DNA of 62,575 nucleotides from IMG/VR virus record IMGVR_UViG_3300006751_000011, positions 1 through 62,575 of that record, one strand, 5' to 3'. Positions 39,901-49,527 of the stretch are shown here, one piece after another. The notes under the pieces were generated by a model, which saw only the letters and a list, made by a program, of their open reading frames with translations, was not told where the DNA came from and made no database searches. Source of the DNA: a virus (lineage: Duplodnaviria > Caudoviricetes). Both the position numbers and the translations under genes were made by a program. How positions within the stretch are numbered: the first letter of the stretch is position 1; each line of letters begins with the position of its first letter.

Positions 39901-42900
39901 GTTAAATTGGACTTTTGAGGACGTTACTGGCTCAACGAACGGAGCTTATTTACAAGACCATTATGGCGGCTCTGCCTGGGAAGGTTCATTCGAAGTTCTT
40001 GATTACTCTTCCGGCTCGGATGATAAATGGGAAGTCCCCTCCCGATATAAATATCACTATACAGGTCGCGGCGATTGGTTCTTGCCGGAGGATACTACAA
40101 ACCTTGTTGATTCCAACTATTTGAGTGTAGTAAAGACTAACTTGCCAGAGGTCTCTTCTGGCGAAGATATGATTAGTATTCTTGACACTGATGATAATTA
40201 TTTCACCAGAGACAGTAAGCCAATCAATCACTATTTTGCGATTGAAAAAAGCATGTACCAGACAATCTCGGAAGAGATGCTGAAGATCTTCGCTACAGCG
40301 GTTGAATTTAATAATCTCGTTGGCGAGCCGGTTAACAGATACCGCCAGGAATATAAATCTTTAGGAAAGCTGAGAGAAGCTTTCTTTAGAAAAGTTGGTA
40401 ATACACCTGACTTTAACAGGTTTGTTAACTTTTATAAATGGATTGATGGCTCACTTACTGATATGCTCATGCAATTGGTACCGATGTCTGCTAATTTCTC
40501 AACCGGCGTTAAAACCATGGTTGAGAGTCACATCCTTGAAAGGAATAAATATTGGAACAAATTTCCAACACTTGAGATGAAGGCAAAGCCAATTGTCGGT
40601 CGGCTCAAAGGGATCAATGAACTTAGTTATGACTGGGAACACGGGCATCCATCATATACCGCCTATCCATACGCGACGTCTAAATCTATAGAATTTGTCA
40701 GCGGCTCTTCTCACTATATTGACTTCGGAGATCAGGATCATTGGACGTTCGGAGATGAGTCAGACGATTCGCCATTTTCAATTTCTTGCTGGATTAAGTT
40801 TGATGACTTAGACACAGCTAATATGCCTTCTTTTATTATGGGTAAAAACTCTGAGTATAGAATCGCATGGGGTAGCAGCCCTGCCACCGGTGGCGGTCAA
40901 GGACTATATTTTGTTGTCAGAGACTTCACCGGGACATTCTGGCTTTCTAAATGTATTACAAAGGCAGCATTTAAAACACTGGTGACAGAAGATTCTTGGC
41001 ACCACCTAACGTTTGTATATGATGGCACCGCCGATAGTTCTTCAGATATATCAATTTACATTGATGGGGTGCTTTGGGGCGGTCTTAACCCAGCCGGATC
41101 AACAGACGGTGTTCAGAATGTTCAAGGTGCGTCTCACGGTAGTTATGTTGCGATGCACAACACAACAAACGAGTTTCAAGTTGGGCGCCTTGGCGGATAC
41201 GCAGGCGATTATTTTGATGGGCACATAGATGAACTGGCAATGTTTAATGAGGCGCTCACCGCAGCACAAGCATCACTGCTATATAATAATGGTTATCCTG
41301 TGGACATCGCAGCGGAAGGTATTGGAACACTGGCTGCATATTGGAAGCTGGGCGATGGAGATGACACAGGTGCTAGTGGAATTAAAGATTCTAGTGGAAA
41401 TAATCGTCACGGAACTGTGAGCGGTATTAGTTCGTTTTCTTCAGATGTTTTCTGGGCAGGACCTAAGCCGCCCACACTCATTGAGAACAAGAACTGTCTC
41501 TGGTGGAAAGACCGCTCCGAAGCTTCTGCCTCTTTTACTGCTGGCAATCAGACCGACACAGATAGAAATGTCTTGCGTAGAATCTTAACGTCGGATGTGA
41601 CCACAAACAAAATCCTCGCGACAGGTGAATATACTGATCCGACCAACTACCCCAACAGCGGTTTTCCAAATGCGGCTGAATTTAATCTCGCTCAGGACGG
41701 AGCAAACTTAGCAGCCCGAACTCAATATAAGGGATCAACTTATGCGCTGCGAAGCTTTTCAAAACCTTATAAGTTAGAATCAGAAGAAACAATTCAGATC
41801 CACGGTGGTATTAATTACCACGCGAACAAACGCCGCGAGCTGACTAAACATTGGGCTGTTTTAGCTAGCCCAATGGGCGCTTATATTTCTTTGGCGCCGG
41901 GATACACTGACGATCTACTTGATTGCGACGACGTTATTAATCCGTCTAAAAAAGAATTTCATTCATTCGCGATTGATCCCGGCGGAGGCTTCGGCTCCGG
42001 TCCTGTGCCTGAGAAGGGCGCCCACTTTGCACCATTCAATTTTGTAAGTTCATCGGTAACAACAAACAGTTCTCTAGCTGAGACTGGAATTGATATTGTA
42101 AATCTTCACGATGATAGTTATGGTGACACAAACGAAAGACCGATGCAGGGTCCGTTTACCGAGCGTCACGTTGGAGGCATGGCACACCGCCATCAAGATA
42201 TAAGCGACACGACGCACACCAGTGTGACCAGAACAGAAAACTTTAAGGTCTCGGGGCTCAAGGACGTTGGTTTTTTTGTGATACCAGGAGATTATGCCTC
42301 ACCTGGAACCAAACACTCCGATCAGCCCTTTAATCGATTCTATCGCGACGGAGTTGCAAAACGCCCAGTCAATATTAGAAACATTCTCACAACGACCGAT
42401 TCTGCCCTGTCTCAAAGCGCCCTGGGTAACTATGAGAATGAGATACAAATTCTAAACACTCAAAATGATGGCGGCACGTTCTTGGCGAAAATGCAAGCTG
42501 CCACAGGTTCCGATGGATTTTATACGATAAACTATCCAAGCGCAAGCTTGGTTATTTCTGATATATCGGACACCCCGAAACTATTAGCTGTTGGTAAGGC
42601 TCTTTTAGATTCTAGCACGGCTCTGCTTCCACCATACACGACATCACAATTCAATCCTTATTTGTCAAAGAATAAAATCACAGAGCGATTCTCCGCCCCA
42701 GGTGATCCATCTACAGCAGGCGATGCATTCGGTGGATTTGGCATCGATAAAGCCGCCAATAAATACTCTGTATACAACGCCCTGCCTTGGAGAAACCGCC
42801 AGGTCCGCTTCCCGACCAATGCCCTCCTGACAGCGCACACTGGTAAGTATGGCTCATTCTCGGGTTCTGCCCTTGGCGCGACAGACGTTACCACAGCCGC

Positions 42901-45900
42901 GACTGCATCTTTCCACAAGACACATCGCAATACAGACTATAGGACTAAACATACCGGAGCGACCACGGCTTATCGATCCAATTCAGTTTATTTTGGTGGC
43001 TCCACCGCTGACCAATTTTATCGGGACAATACAAATGTTGACGATCTTAATAAAATGACAGTCAGCATTTGGTTCTACTTGCCATCGGGCGGATCTGCAA
43101 CGGCGCAGCTAATCTCTTTTAATTCCAACGATGGGATCGCCACCGTATCGGATAGTTATATTAGATTTAGAGTCAAACAAGCTTCGTCTTGGACTTGGTT
43201 TAACACTCCTGTTGACTCGATTCAAAATGATCGTTGGCATCATGTTGTCTTTGCCTTGGACCAGGGAGAGACCCAAGAATGGAGGACTACATCGCTTGAT
43301 TATGCTACGATGTCTCCAACAAATAAGTATTTTCCAAAGTTTTGGATCGATGGAGAACAGGTATCTGTTTCTGTTGCACAAGATACGGATTGGTCTGGCG
43401 CGTACCAGACGGATTTCGGGGATATATGCGTCGGGACATACTACAAGGGCAACACCACCAGCCCCTTTGCCGGTTACATTCAAGATATATCCCTGTGGAA
43501 CGACATCCTTACCGATGCACAAGTAAAAGATATTTTTCGCCTTCCAGGTTATGATTCTTCTGGACCCGGCGACTTGACTCGTTTAAGCTATGTATCAGCC
43601 GATGAGGATACAAACAAGCTCCATGCTTGGTGGCAATTCAATCACGCAACCGATATTGACGACGTGGCACCTATAGGCAATTCTCTCCACCTGGATAGTC
43701 ACAACGGGAGCCCGTCCGTTAACACGGATAATTTCTTAGCTGCCAACGATATTGGCACGTATTGCGGACAACGCTTTGACAATTATTATATCCAGCATCC
43801 AATCCCAGCTAATGATTTTGGCTATGCTTGGATTACAGCTTCGGCAGATCATACCGAGGGCTGTGAATTATTAACAACGGCTTCGTTTGTGACTGCGAGC
43901 GCATTCGGATCGTATACTTGGCAGGCAACCGGCAAGAGGTATTGGGGTCACGACGCTTATCATCATAATTCAGACATTAAAGAGTTTTTACCTTTAGATT
44001 TTGCGGGCTTAAACACAAATATTTATGAGCCAGTTTCGTCAAGTAATAATATATTAGGATATCCCTCTCTAACATCTGCCAATATTAGCCTCACTTACGA
44101 TGTAATTCAATCAAATTATCCTAACCAAGCCTTTATTCGTGGTGATGGTTATTCACTGGAACACGGCGATGAAAGCGAAACGACGACAGGGTTCCCCGGT
44201 ATTGCAGCTATTTTAAATGGTATCAACCTCCACCGCAACGGTCCTTATGGATACCCAAGCTGGAAACAGATCCGTGGCGGCAATCACCCGATTATTCGCG
44301 AGCATAAGAAATCAAATATCCATTCAATGTTATTGACCACGGGGGTTCATCAAAAGCCGGGAGTGCTCACAGCACAGCCGACCACTGGTGAGTTGGGCGC
44401 GAAGCATCGTGAATTAATTCGAATTTCAAACCTTGTAGAATCACCTGTTTCTATAAATTATCCGCTCGTTCACCGTGTGGAGACAGTTATGGATGGGATA
44501 GCACAAGAATTAACTGTTCGTCACACATACGCGAATAATCTTGTGACGTTTGCAAACCCAATACTCAGGAGGATGGTTGATCGGCTGTCTCCGAAAGAAC
44601 AGCCACGCCAGACATATGACGACTTTAAGGATACATATTTATCAGGAGACGAAGATCCTTCAGCTAATCCAGTTATCGGATTTAAATCTTTAATTTATAA
44701 ACAAGTCGTCTATCCGAAACTTGAGAACACATACCTTAGCGGAAGCCGCGCCAGACTGGCATATGCGGAGACGGCTGCTCATATTTCGCAATCAAAGAAT
44801 GGAGAATATAGAACGTTCTGGAAAGACAATCTTGATGATCGCAATCGCGGAGAAGGCGCCTTAAACTCAATGGGTTATCCGATCTATAGCGATATTAATC
44901 AGGCGACTGGCTGGGAAAGTAGTTTTATATCAAATTATGTTTTGGGGTCTGGAACGCTTAGTACATGGCCGCTAGATGTTGGATTGGGAACTCAAGATCA
45001 TTTGGTAGGATACTCCGCTGCCCTCTATGGCTTTTTTGTGGGTAGTTCTTCGCTAGGAAACAGCGTCACACTGATTCCACCGTCATCTGATGAATTTGGT
45101 GGCACGTGGGGTGAACTAAATAGAGATCCGAATGCTACACTATTTGGAAGCCTCACAACCGCACAACTGAATACACTAAATGGCTTGGCTGGTACCAACG
45201 GGTATACCCACTTCATGAATGACGATAATATTATATGTCATGCTACAGCTTCGCAGTGTATTGACTTTTATGATCTGAGCGGTATATCATGGCAAGACCC
45301 AGGCGCGGCGCATGCTCCAGGCGCCGGCGGTCCAGTGCTCGGCGGATATCCATTAGTAGCAACTACCTCTGAGACGTCGTGGTTAAAGAAAACTCCCTGC
45401 ACAAGAATGGGTAGCGGGGTTTGGTCAACTGCCCATTGGGCGGGAAGAAGCCCGTGGTATGATTCATATGAAGATTATTCAGACGATATTCGCCCAATGG
45501 CTAAAGATCATACAATTTTACCAGAATTTAAAATTTCAGATCATATAGATTATTATCTCGAACAAGGAGGCTTTAAAGATAAAAGAAATAGAGCTTTCCT
45601 AAATCTTCCAGGCGCATCTATTACAAGCTCTGCAACCGGCGGTCCCGACGAACCCTTATATGAGGTTAGCCCGTATAATGAAAACTTTTTTAAAGAGTAT
45701 TCACATAGTGACTTCATGAAGGACTTTGAGGTTATTCAAGAAGAACACGATAGTCTCGCGAACGCATCAATAATCAGCTTAAAGTGTTCTGCTGTTAAAA
45801 AACTTTTACCTTATGACGGATTCTACCCGGTTCAAAGATGCCTTCAACTCGGCGGCATTATGTCAGCATCCTATGCGCCATATCTTTCCGGATCAGCTTC

Positions 45901-48415
45901 GTCAAGTTATGGACCCGATATTGTTGGTAATGATCCAAATTACAAATACAGGGCAGAGAGGCTTCAGTCTTTTTTACAGCCGTTTTATGCCCCTGGCATC
46001 ATGTATAACTCAATTAAGTCGGGAATCGCGGTTGACTATCCGATACACACTTCGCCCGCCGAGCTTACTCACATATCCACCTGGGAAAACGGTTGGGTCG
46101 AGGAAGTGCCTTCCGCATCTCTTGGTGCGGTGATAGGGGCATCTTCCTCACACCATGTTATTACATCAGATCCGGATTGGAGAGTCCCCTTTGAAGCCTT
46201 AATCGATCCCAATGCCCATATAGCCACATCATACAATCCAGAAACCAACTTTATGGATCGTGCAAAGATGTATCTAACAGCGCCGTACTATGGATCTTCA
46301 TCTTTTTATGCACAGTGGCTGGGGAACAGCAAGCCCCATTATCGCTTCGCGATTAATAATTTTGCTGCCGAAGTTCCAAACTTCTTTCTTAAGAATAAAA
46401 ATCTTTCGTCATTTCGCTCCAAGCCCCAGTCGCAGTTCACAGAATTTACATCTGGGACTGCCTATTATATGGATGTCGTGCTTCAGAAGACGCCTGACTT
46501 TATTATGAATTCTCATTATAATCCAAACTGGAGGTCCTTCGCGCCGGCGCCGCAGACCTATTTTTCTGCTGAGATTCTTACAAATCCGCACTTTAACCCT
46601 GACGGAATTATTAGCCCACCAGGCGGACCCAGCACAGATGATCAACTTGATTGGGGATCTCTTACTGGTTGGGGGTATGGACCTAAATACCACGTGACCG
46701 GAACTATTACTTCTGACGCATCTATTGGAGCTAGCGGCAGCTTGTTGTATTCTGATACAGATGAAAAGTATGTATCTACTTTCTTCAACGCCATAGATCC
46801 GTCATTCGCTGTACACGCCCCACCATATCTCTATGGACGAGCTGTCAGCAGAATGATTTTTAAACCACATGAAGTTCTTGAGATGGCGCCTGGGGAATCT
46901 GCACGATTTTCTCTAGACACAATAATTGCCAGCCTTGAAGGCAATATAGAAGAGCAATTAGAACACGGTGTCGGTCAAGCAAGAATGACTGCCCTCGCCT
47001 CGCGAGCATTAAAGAAGGTTAGCGGCGATCCGAATAATTTTGCAGCGAAAGACAACGTTATGAGCATTAGTGCTTCTATCAATTTATTTGGAACAACTAA
47101 TATTCCTCAAATTGAATATGATGCCATCACGCGACAGCCATTAACCGCGAAAGCGACCGGCGCCGAGTCTGAAAAAACCTGGGTTATCCACACTAAATGG
47201 GAGACACCCGCGCTTAATTTTGCCAACGGCACGGGCGGTACTCATTCTGGGGTGGTTGAAGGCACAATGGTCATGGAAGATGAGTCGGATATCAGAAACG
47301 TCACAGGTTCTTGGTGGGAAGATATTACAATTCCTAGCTCCCTAAAGAGACCCTTGGGAATGTGGAAGGGTTACGGATCCGTCCCGTCAGCAGAGTCTGG
47401 AATTAAACTTTCTTTGAAAGAATCGTTCCCAGCGCGAAACGCGAACGGCACAGACACCGATGGGAATAAAATCTCATCTTTAATAGGAGCGTGCGGCTTC
47501 CAATCAACAGACATGAAAATTGGAGAACTGGCTGAATACAAGATGATTTCTGAAGCCGTAATCGCGATTCCGTTTGTTGATATTGAAGGTAGAAGGAAAT
47601 TTTTTGCTCTGGGCAATACAATCGCCGAGTCTAGAGGTGTATTCAATAAAGCGTTGTCATCCAAAGAGGGACCCGGCTCGTCAGTGATAAGCATGGCTAA
47701 GAAGATGCCGAATTATATTTTTCCACCGCATTTGGATTTCTTGAATGATGAGGCTATCGAGCCATTTGCGATGTACATATTTGAATTCACTCATAAATTA
47801 TCACAGCAAGATTTATCTAATATTTGGCAGAATGTGATGCCGGATATTGCAGTTACCGCCGAGAAGGCTCATGCGTCCGTAACTCATAAAACAGGAGAAA
47901 ATGAATTCTTCCGAGGCAACAAAATTCCAGACAACACAAGATGGATGGTTTTTAAAACAAAAAGAAGATCGGCGTCAAATTACTTTAAAATGACAGCTGA
48001 TGCAAAAGATGACAATAAATTCAATTTCTTAAGTTATGTTTCAGATCAGGAAATGGAAAGATACAATTATAATTGGCCTTATGATTTCTTTAGTCTTGTA
48101 GAATTGGCTAAAATTGATACTAAAATCGGAATTGGCGACGATGCATTTCCGATGCCGCCTGTACTCCCCCGCATACTCGGCAGCATGACAATGGCAAATA
48201 CGACAATACAAGGTGTCCCCTCACTAGTCGCGAATCCAACTACTATAAATGCCAACAATTTGGGCTCGTCGCTACCAGCCGTTACTTATCATTTTGATAC
48301 AGGATTACAGGCAGCACAAACAGCTGCAACGCAAACAGCTATGGAAAGCCCGCTCATTAACGCGCCTCTGCTAAACGCGATCAGAAATCTTGGACCAACC
48401 GGGGGAAATAACTAA
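36953..48415 (+). CDS. Giant baseplate/adhesion protein with multiple LamG (concanavalin-like) domains
   Basis: 3820 aa. At least three LamG signatures (TIEFW..WHHLAIT..GSLDEFRYW; SISCWIK..WHHLTFVYDG..GHIDELAMF; TVSIWF..WHHVVF..GYIQDISLW). YKSKGTEKSFRNLIRCYG resembles the gp7/tail-I wedge motif. Confidence 0.75.
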   Translation: MSIKNLFSEKQKVMSQKSISDITGSATPVESSDYIDNYLAKKERFLPPVNFATASNFAKFGSAKEYSADAIQRIYNTYPYDGSLSEKISWLNSSNFYDLYIFNHEYPRTCGYAVFSPLEWGSRVGAEVSNFGYPDSVEYIQVKGGPHPDPSSGSLKLSRQFPAPYDGKANLYDATTGINRESNLALDVNSGVTIEFWFKYSATAPEQVELASKTSRQVIFDLWNGQSGTGASDSYGRMLAYTDASGMYARWHSGSYYSAFQLSSETTAAVADGNWHHLAITAKVVPYGSVGQVTIEWNDFLDGQWSSKGTSLSIYGGGGFFTPPMSLGSVTGSMIANLGAARIPGIAPSEVTTAVAAEHSDGFGKISGSLDEFRYWKTARTPQEIKRFWNTQIGGGSNTDGSKFSGSAQPVDLGVYYKFNEGNVGNAIVDSSVLDYSGRISNGIWTGYIAGSSRVAGETSSAIIESSASTTEFKDPIIYSSHPDVSSLYTVLTERGEEWDLQNNMALYHTMPEWITSEDQDEGGEQLKKLTQIIASYLDTTFLQIQALPSITKNQYPYEELTLHNPNEWTEHQTDVLKYSNSPVPFARNLIEDLGMGAPEIFAMADELAILGNRDDIEEFDQKLYDIKNTIYQNIHNNLSYIYKSKGTEKSFRNLIRCYGVDDELIKINLYIDGATYSFSDSDYRSTSVKDKYIDFNDADRNRSTIYQSASFSTSNSISYIPGMNPTLADTAGATGSAMTFEADVIFPHKFERTHPSNLWYSYPDLTSSIFGCHTAQPTVSTPENFAWATRDSASFQVHALRDIEDSKDVRFMLTSSNGSIPTLTSDLFQEVYENERWLFAVKVYPESPLEGKWVSGGSSTVSGSWIMEFQGYNPLLDQMQNSFSVSASIPARDGTYFMNANKRVYAGAHRENFSGSLDIKTDIKVGSVRVWDDYLTDFDLSTHAKDPTNYGRTHAYKNSYLFSQDTTPGTDIDAIPQFETLLLNWTFEDVTGSTNGAYLQDHYGGSAWEGSFEVLDYSSGSDDKWEVPSRYKYHYTGRGDWFLPEDTTNLVDSNYLSVVKTNLPEVSSGEDMISILDTDDNYFTRDSKPINHYFAIEKSMYQTISEEMLKIFATAVEFNNLVGEPVNRYRQEYKSLGKLREAFFRKVGNTPDFNRFVNFYKWIDGSLTDMLMQLVPMSANFSTGVKTMVESHILERNKYWNKFPTLEMKAKPIVGRLKGINELSYDWEHGHPSYTAYPYATSKSIEFVSGSSHYIDFGDQDHWTFGDESDDSPFSISCWIKFDDLDTANMPSFIMGKNSEYRIAWGSSPATGGGQGLYFVVRDFTGTFWLSKCITKAAFKTLVTEDSWHHLTFVYDGTADSSSDISIYIDGVLWGGLNPAGSTDGVQNVQGASHGSYVAMHNTTNEFQVGRLGGYAGDYFDGHIDELAMFNEALTAAQASLLYNNGYPVDIAAEGIGTLAAYWKLGDGDDTGASGIKDSSGNNRHGTVSGISSFSSDVFWAGPKPPTLIENKNCLWWKDRSEASASFTAGNQTDTDRNVLRRILTSDVTTNKILATGEYTDPTNYPNSGFPNAAEFNLAQDGANLAARTQYKGSTYALRSFSKPYKLESEETIQIHGGINYHANKRRELTKHWAVLASPMGAYISLAPGYTDDLLDCDDVINPSKKEFHSFAIDPGGGFGSGPVPEKGAHFAPFNFVSSSVTTNSSLAETGIDIVNLHDDSYGDTNERPMQGPFTERHVGGMAHRHQDISDTTHTSVTRTENFKVSGLKDVGFFVIPGDYASPGTKHSDQPFNRFYRDGVAKRPVNIRNILTTTDSALSQSALGNYENEIQILNTQNDGGTFLAKMQAATGSDGFYTINYPSASLVISDISDTPKLLAVGKALLDSSTALLPPYTTSQFNPYLSKNKITERFSAPGDPSTAGDAFGGFGIDKAANKYSVYNALPWRNRQVRFPTNALLTAHTGKYGSFSGSALGATDVTTAATASFHKTHRNTDYRTKHTGATTAYRSNSVYFGGSTADQFYRDNTNVDDLNKMTVSIWFYLPSGGSATAQLISFNSNDGIATVSDSYIRFRVKQASSWTWFNTPVDSIQNDRWHHVVFALDQGETQEWRTTSLDYATMSPTNKYFPKFWIDGEQVSVSVAQDTDWSGAYQTDFGDICVGTYYKGNTTSPFAGYIQDISLWNDILTDAQVKDIFRLPGYDSSGPGDLTRLSYVSADEDTNKLHAWWQFNHATDIDDVAPIGNSLHLDSHNGSPSVNTDNFLAANDIGTYCGQRFDNYYIQHPIPANDFGYAWITASADHTEGCELLTTASFVTASAFGSYTWQATGKRYWGHDAYHHNSDIKEFLPLDFAGLNTNIYEPVSSSNNILGYPSLTSANISLTYDVIQSNYPNQAFIRGDGYSLEHGDESETTTGFPGIAAILNGINLHRNGPYGYPSWKQIRGGNHPIIREHKKSNIHSMLLTTGVHQKPGVLTAQPTTGELGAKHRELIRISNLVESPVSINYPLVHRVETVMDGIAQELTVRHTYANNLVTFANPILRRMVDRLSPKEQPRQTYDDFKDTYLSGDEDPSANPVIGFKSLIYKQVVYPKLENTYLSGSRARLAYAETAAHISQSKNGEYRTFWKDNLDDRNRGEGALNSMGYPIYSDINQATGWESSFISNYVLGSGTLSTWPLDVGLGTQDHLVGYSAALYGFFVGSSSLGNSVTLIPPSSDEFGGTWGELNRDPNATLFGSLTTAQLNTLNGLAGTNGYTHFMNDDNIICHATASQCIDFYDLSGISWQDPGAAHAPGAGGPVLGGYPLVATTSETSWLKKTPCTRMGSGVWSTAHWAGRSPWYDSYEDYSDDIRPMAKDHTILPEFKISDHIDYYLEQGGFKDKRNRAFLNLPGASITSSATGGPDEPLYEVSPYNENFFKEYSHSDFMKDFEVIQEEHDSLANASIISLKCSAVKKLLPYDGFYPVQRCLQLGGIMSASYAPYLSGSASSSYGPDIVGNDPNYKYRAERLQSFLQPFYAPGIMYNSIKSGIAVDYPIHTSPAELTHISTWENGWVEEVPSASLGAVIGASSSHHVITSDPDWRVPFEALIDPNAHIATSYNPETNFMDRAKMYLTAPYYGSSSFYAQWLGNSKPHYRFAINNFAAEVPNFFLKNKNLSSFRSKPQSQFTEFTSGTAYYMDVVLQKTPDFIMNSHYNPNWRSFAPAPQTYFSAEILTNPHFNPDGIISPPGGPSTDDQLDWGSLTGWGYGPKYHVTGTITSDASIGASGSLLYSDTDEKYVSTFFNAIDPSFAVHAPPYLYGRAVSRMIFKPHEVLEMAPGESARFSLDTIIASLEGNIEEQLEHGVGQARMTALASRALKKVSGDPNNFAAKDNVMSISASINLFGTTNIPQIEYDAITRQPLTAKATGAESEKTWVIHTKWETPALNFANGTGGTHSGVVEGTMVMEDESDIRNVTGSWWEDITIPSSLKRPLGMWKGYGSVPSAESGIKLSLKESFPARNANGTDTDGNKISSLIGACGFQSTDMKIGELAEYKMISEAVIAIPFVDIEGRRKFFALGNTIAESRGVFNKALSSKEGPGSSVISMAKKMPNYIFPPHLDFLNDEAIEPFAMYIFEFTHKLSQQDLSNIWQNVMPDIAVTAEKAHASVTHKTGENEFFRGNKIPDNTRWMVFKTKRRSASNYFKMTADAKDDNKFNFLSYVSDQEMERYNYNWPYDFFSLVELAKIDTKIGIGDDAFPMPPVLPRILGSMTMANTTIQGVPSLVANPTTINANNLGSSLPAVTYHFDTGLQAAQTAATQTAMESPLINAPLLNAIRNLGPTGGNN

Positions 48416-49527
48416 TGAACTTCTTTGATCCGAAAGAAGACGTCATAGACCTTAAACTAACGCAGTATGGCAAGCATCTTCTGTCTAAGGGCAGACTCTC
48501 TCCGAAATATTATGCGTTCTTTGATGACGATATCATCTATGATATAAAATGGGTCACTGGTTCATTGGCTGAGAGACAATCAGACACCGCAGACCGCATC
48601 CAAGACGAGACCCCGCGCCCTCGCATTCAAACTTGTTATTATGGTGTCGAGACTGAAATAAAGAAAATAAATGAACTGGTCCGACAGAAAAAAGCTGAGC
48701 TTGGAGACGACAGGCTACAGCCCTCCGCAGCCCGCCATCATGTAATGTCTCAACCTCTCGGTAACGCGAGCCTTAGCACTAACAAAATGCCAGCTTGGGA
48801 AGCTTATTTCTTATTAAATTCCCTCAATAGCTCGGTTGATTACATGACGGGCTCTTCTCCAAACATTAAAATTCCGCAGCTCAATTGTGAAATAAAATTT
48901 AAAGCATACGCATATGCCGATGGCGAGGACCCAGACAAGGGGCAGAGAAAAGATAATTCTACTGATGACTTGACCGGCGCAGATTCCGATCACGTTGGCA
49001 TGTGGGGAGGCGAGTTAGACTTTGATGACGGCTCAAAGTTGATCGTGGAGCAAGACTCTATCCTGCTGGAAATAGATGAATCTAACACAGACTATCTTGA
49101 TAACAATTTTGATATTGAGGTCTATGAGATAAAAACCGTCGCAGCATCCGGAAGTCAACAACCTGGACAAAATAAAGGCGAGCATGACGAACTCCTGCCG
49201 CTTTATTTTTCTAGACTACAATCCGATTTGGGAATTAATTACTTGGCTTCAAGTCCGCAAGGTTCATCCCAGAACATATCAACCGCGTTTCCCGATGTTG
49301 ATCCTAATTACGTTGAATACTTTTTTGAGATTAATGTGGATAGGGAGATTGATCAACACACGTTATGTAATAATTTACCAGCCGACAAAGCACGTCGCGG
49401 AAGAATTCAAAGTGAATTCAAGTGTCCCGATATATCAGACGAGAGAAAGAACACATTGGCTGGGATTAGTGACGGCTTATACGATTCGGAAATGGCGGAT
49501 CTTGACGACTTTGAGGATTGTGATTGA
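48415..49527 (+). CDS. Putative baseplate/tail protein
   Basis: N-terminal LKLTQYG..LSKG..YAFFDDDIIYD resembles the N-terminus of ORF 55809. Confidence 0.6.
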   Translation: MNFFDPKEDVIDLKLTQYGKHLLSKGRLSPKYYAFFDDDIIYDIKWVTGSLAERQSDTADRIQDETPRPRIQTCYYGVETEIKKINELVRQKKAELGDDRLQPSAARHHVMSQPLGNASLSTNKMPAWEAYFLLNSLNSSVDYMTGSSPNIKIPQLNCEIKFKAYAYADGEDPDKGQRKDNSTDDLTGADSDHVGMWGGELDFDDGSKLIVEQDSILLEIDESNTDYLDNNFDIEVYEIKTVAASGSQQPGQNKGEHDELLPLYFSRLQSDLGINYLASSPQGSSQNISTAFPDVDPNYVEYFFEINVDREIDQHTLCNNLPADKARRGRIQSEFKCPDISDERKNTLAGISDGLYDSEMADLDDFEDCD

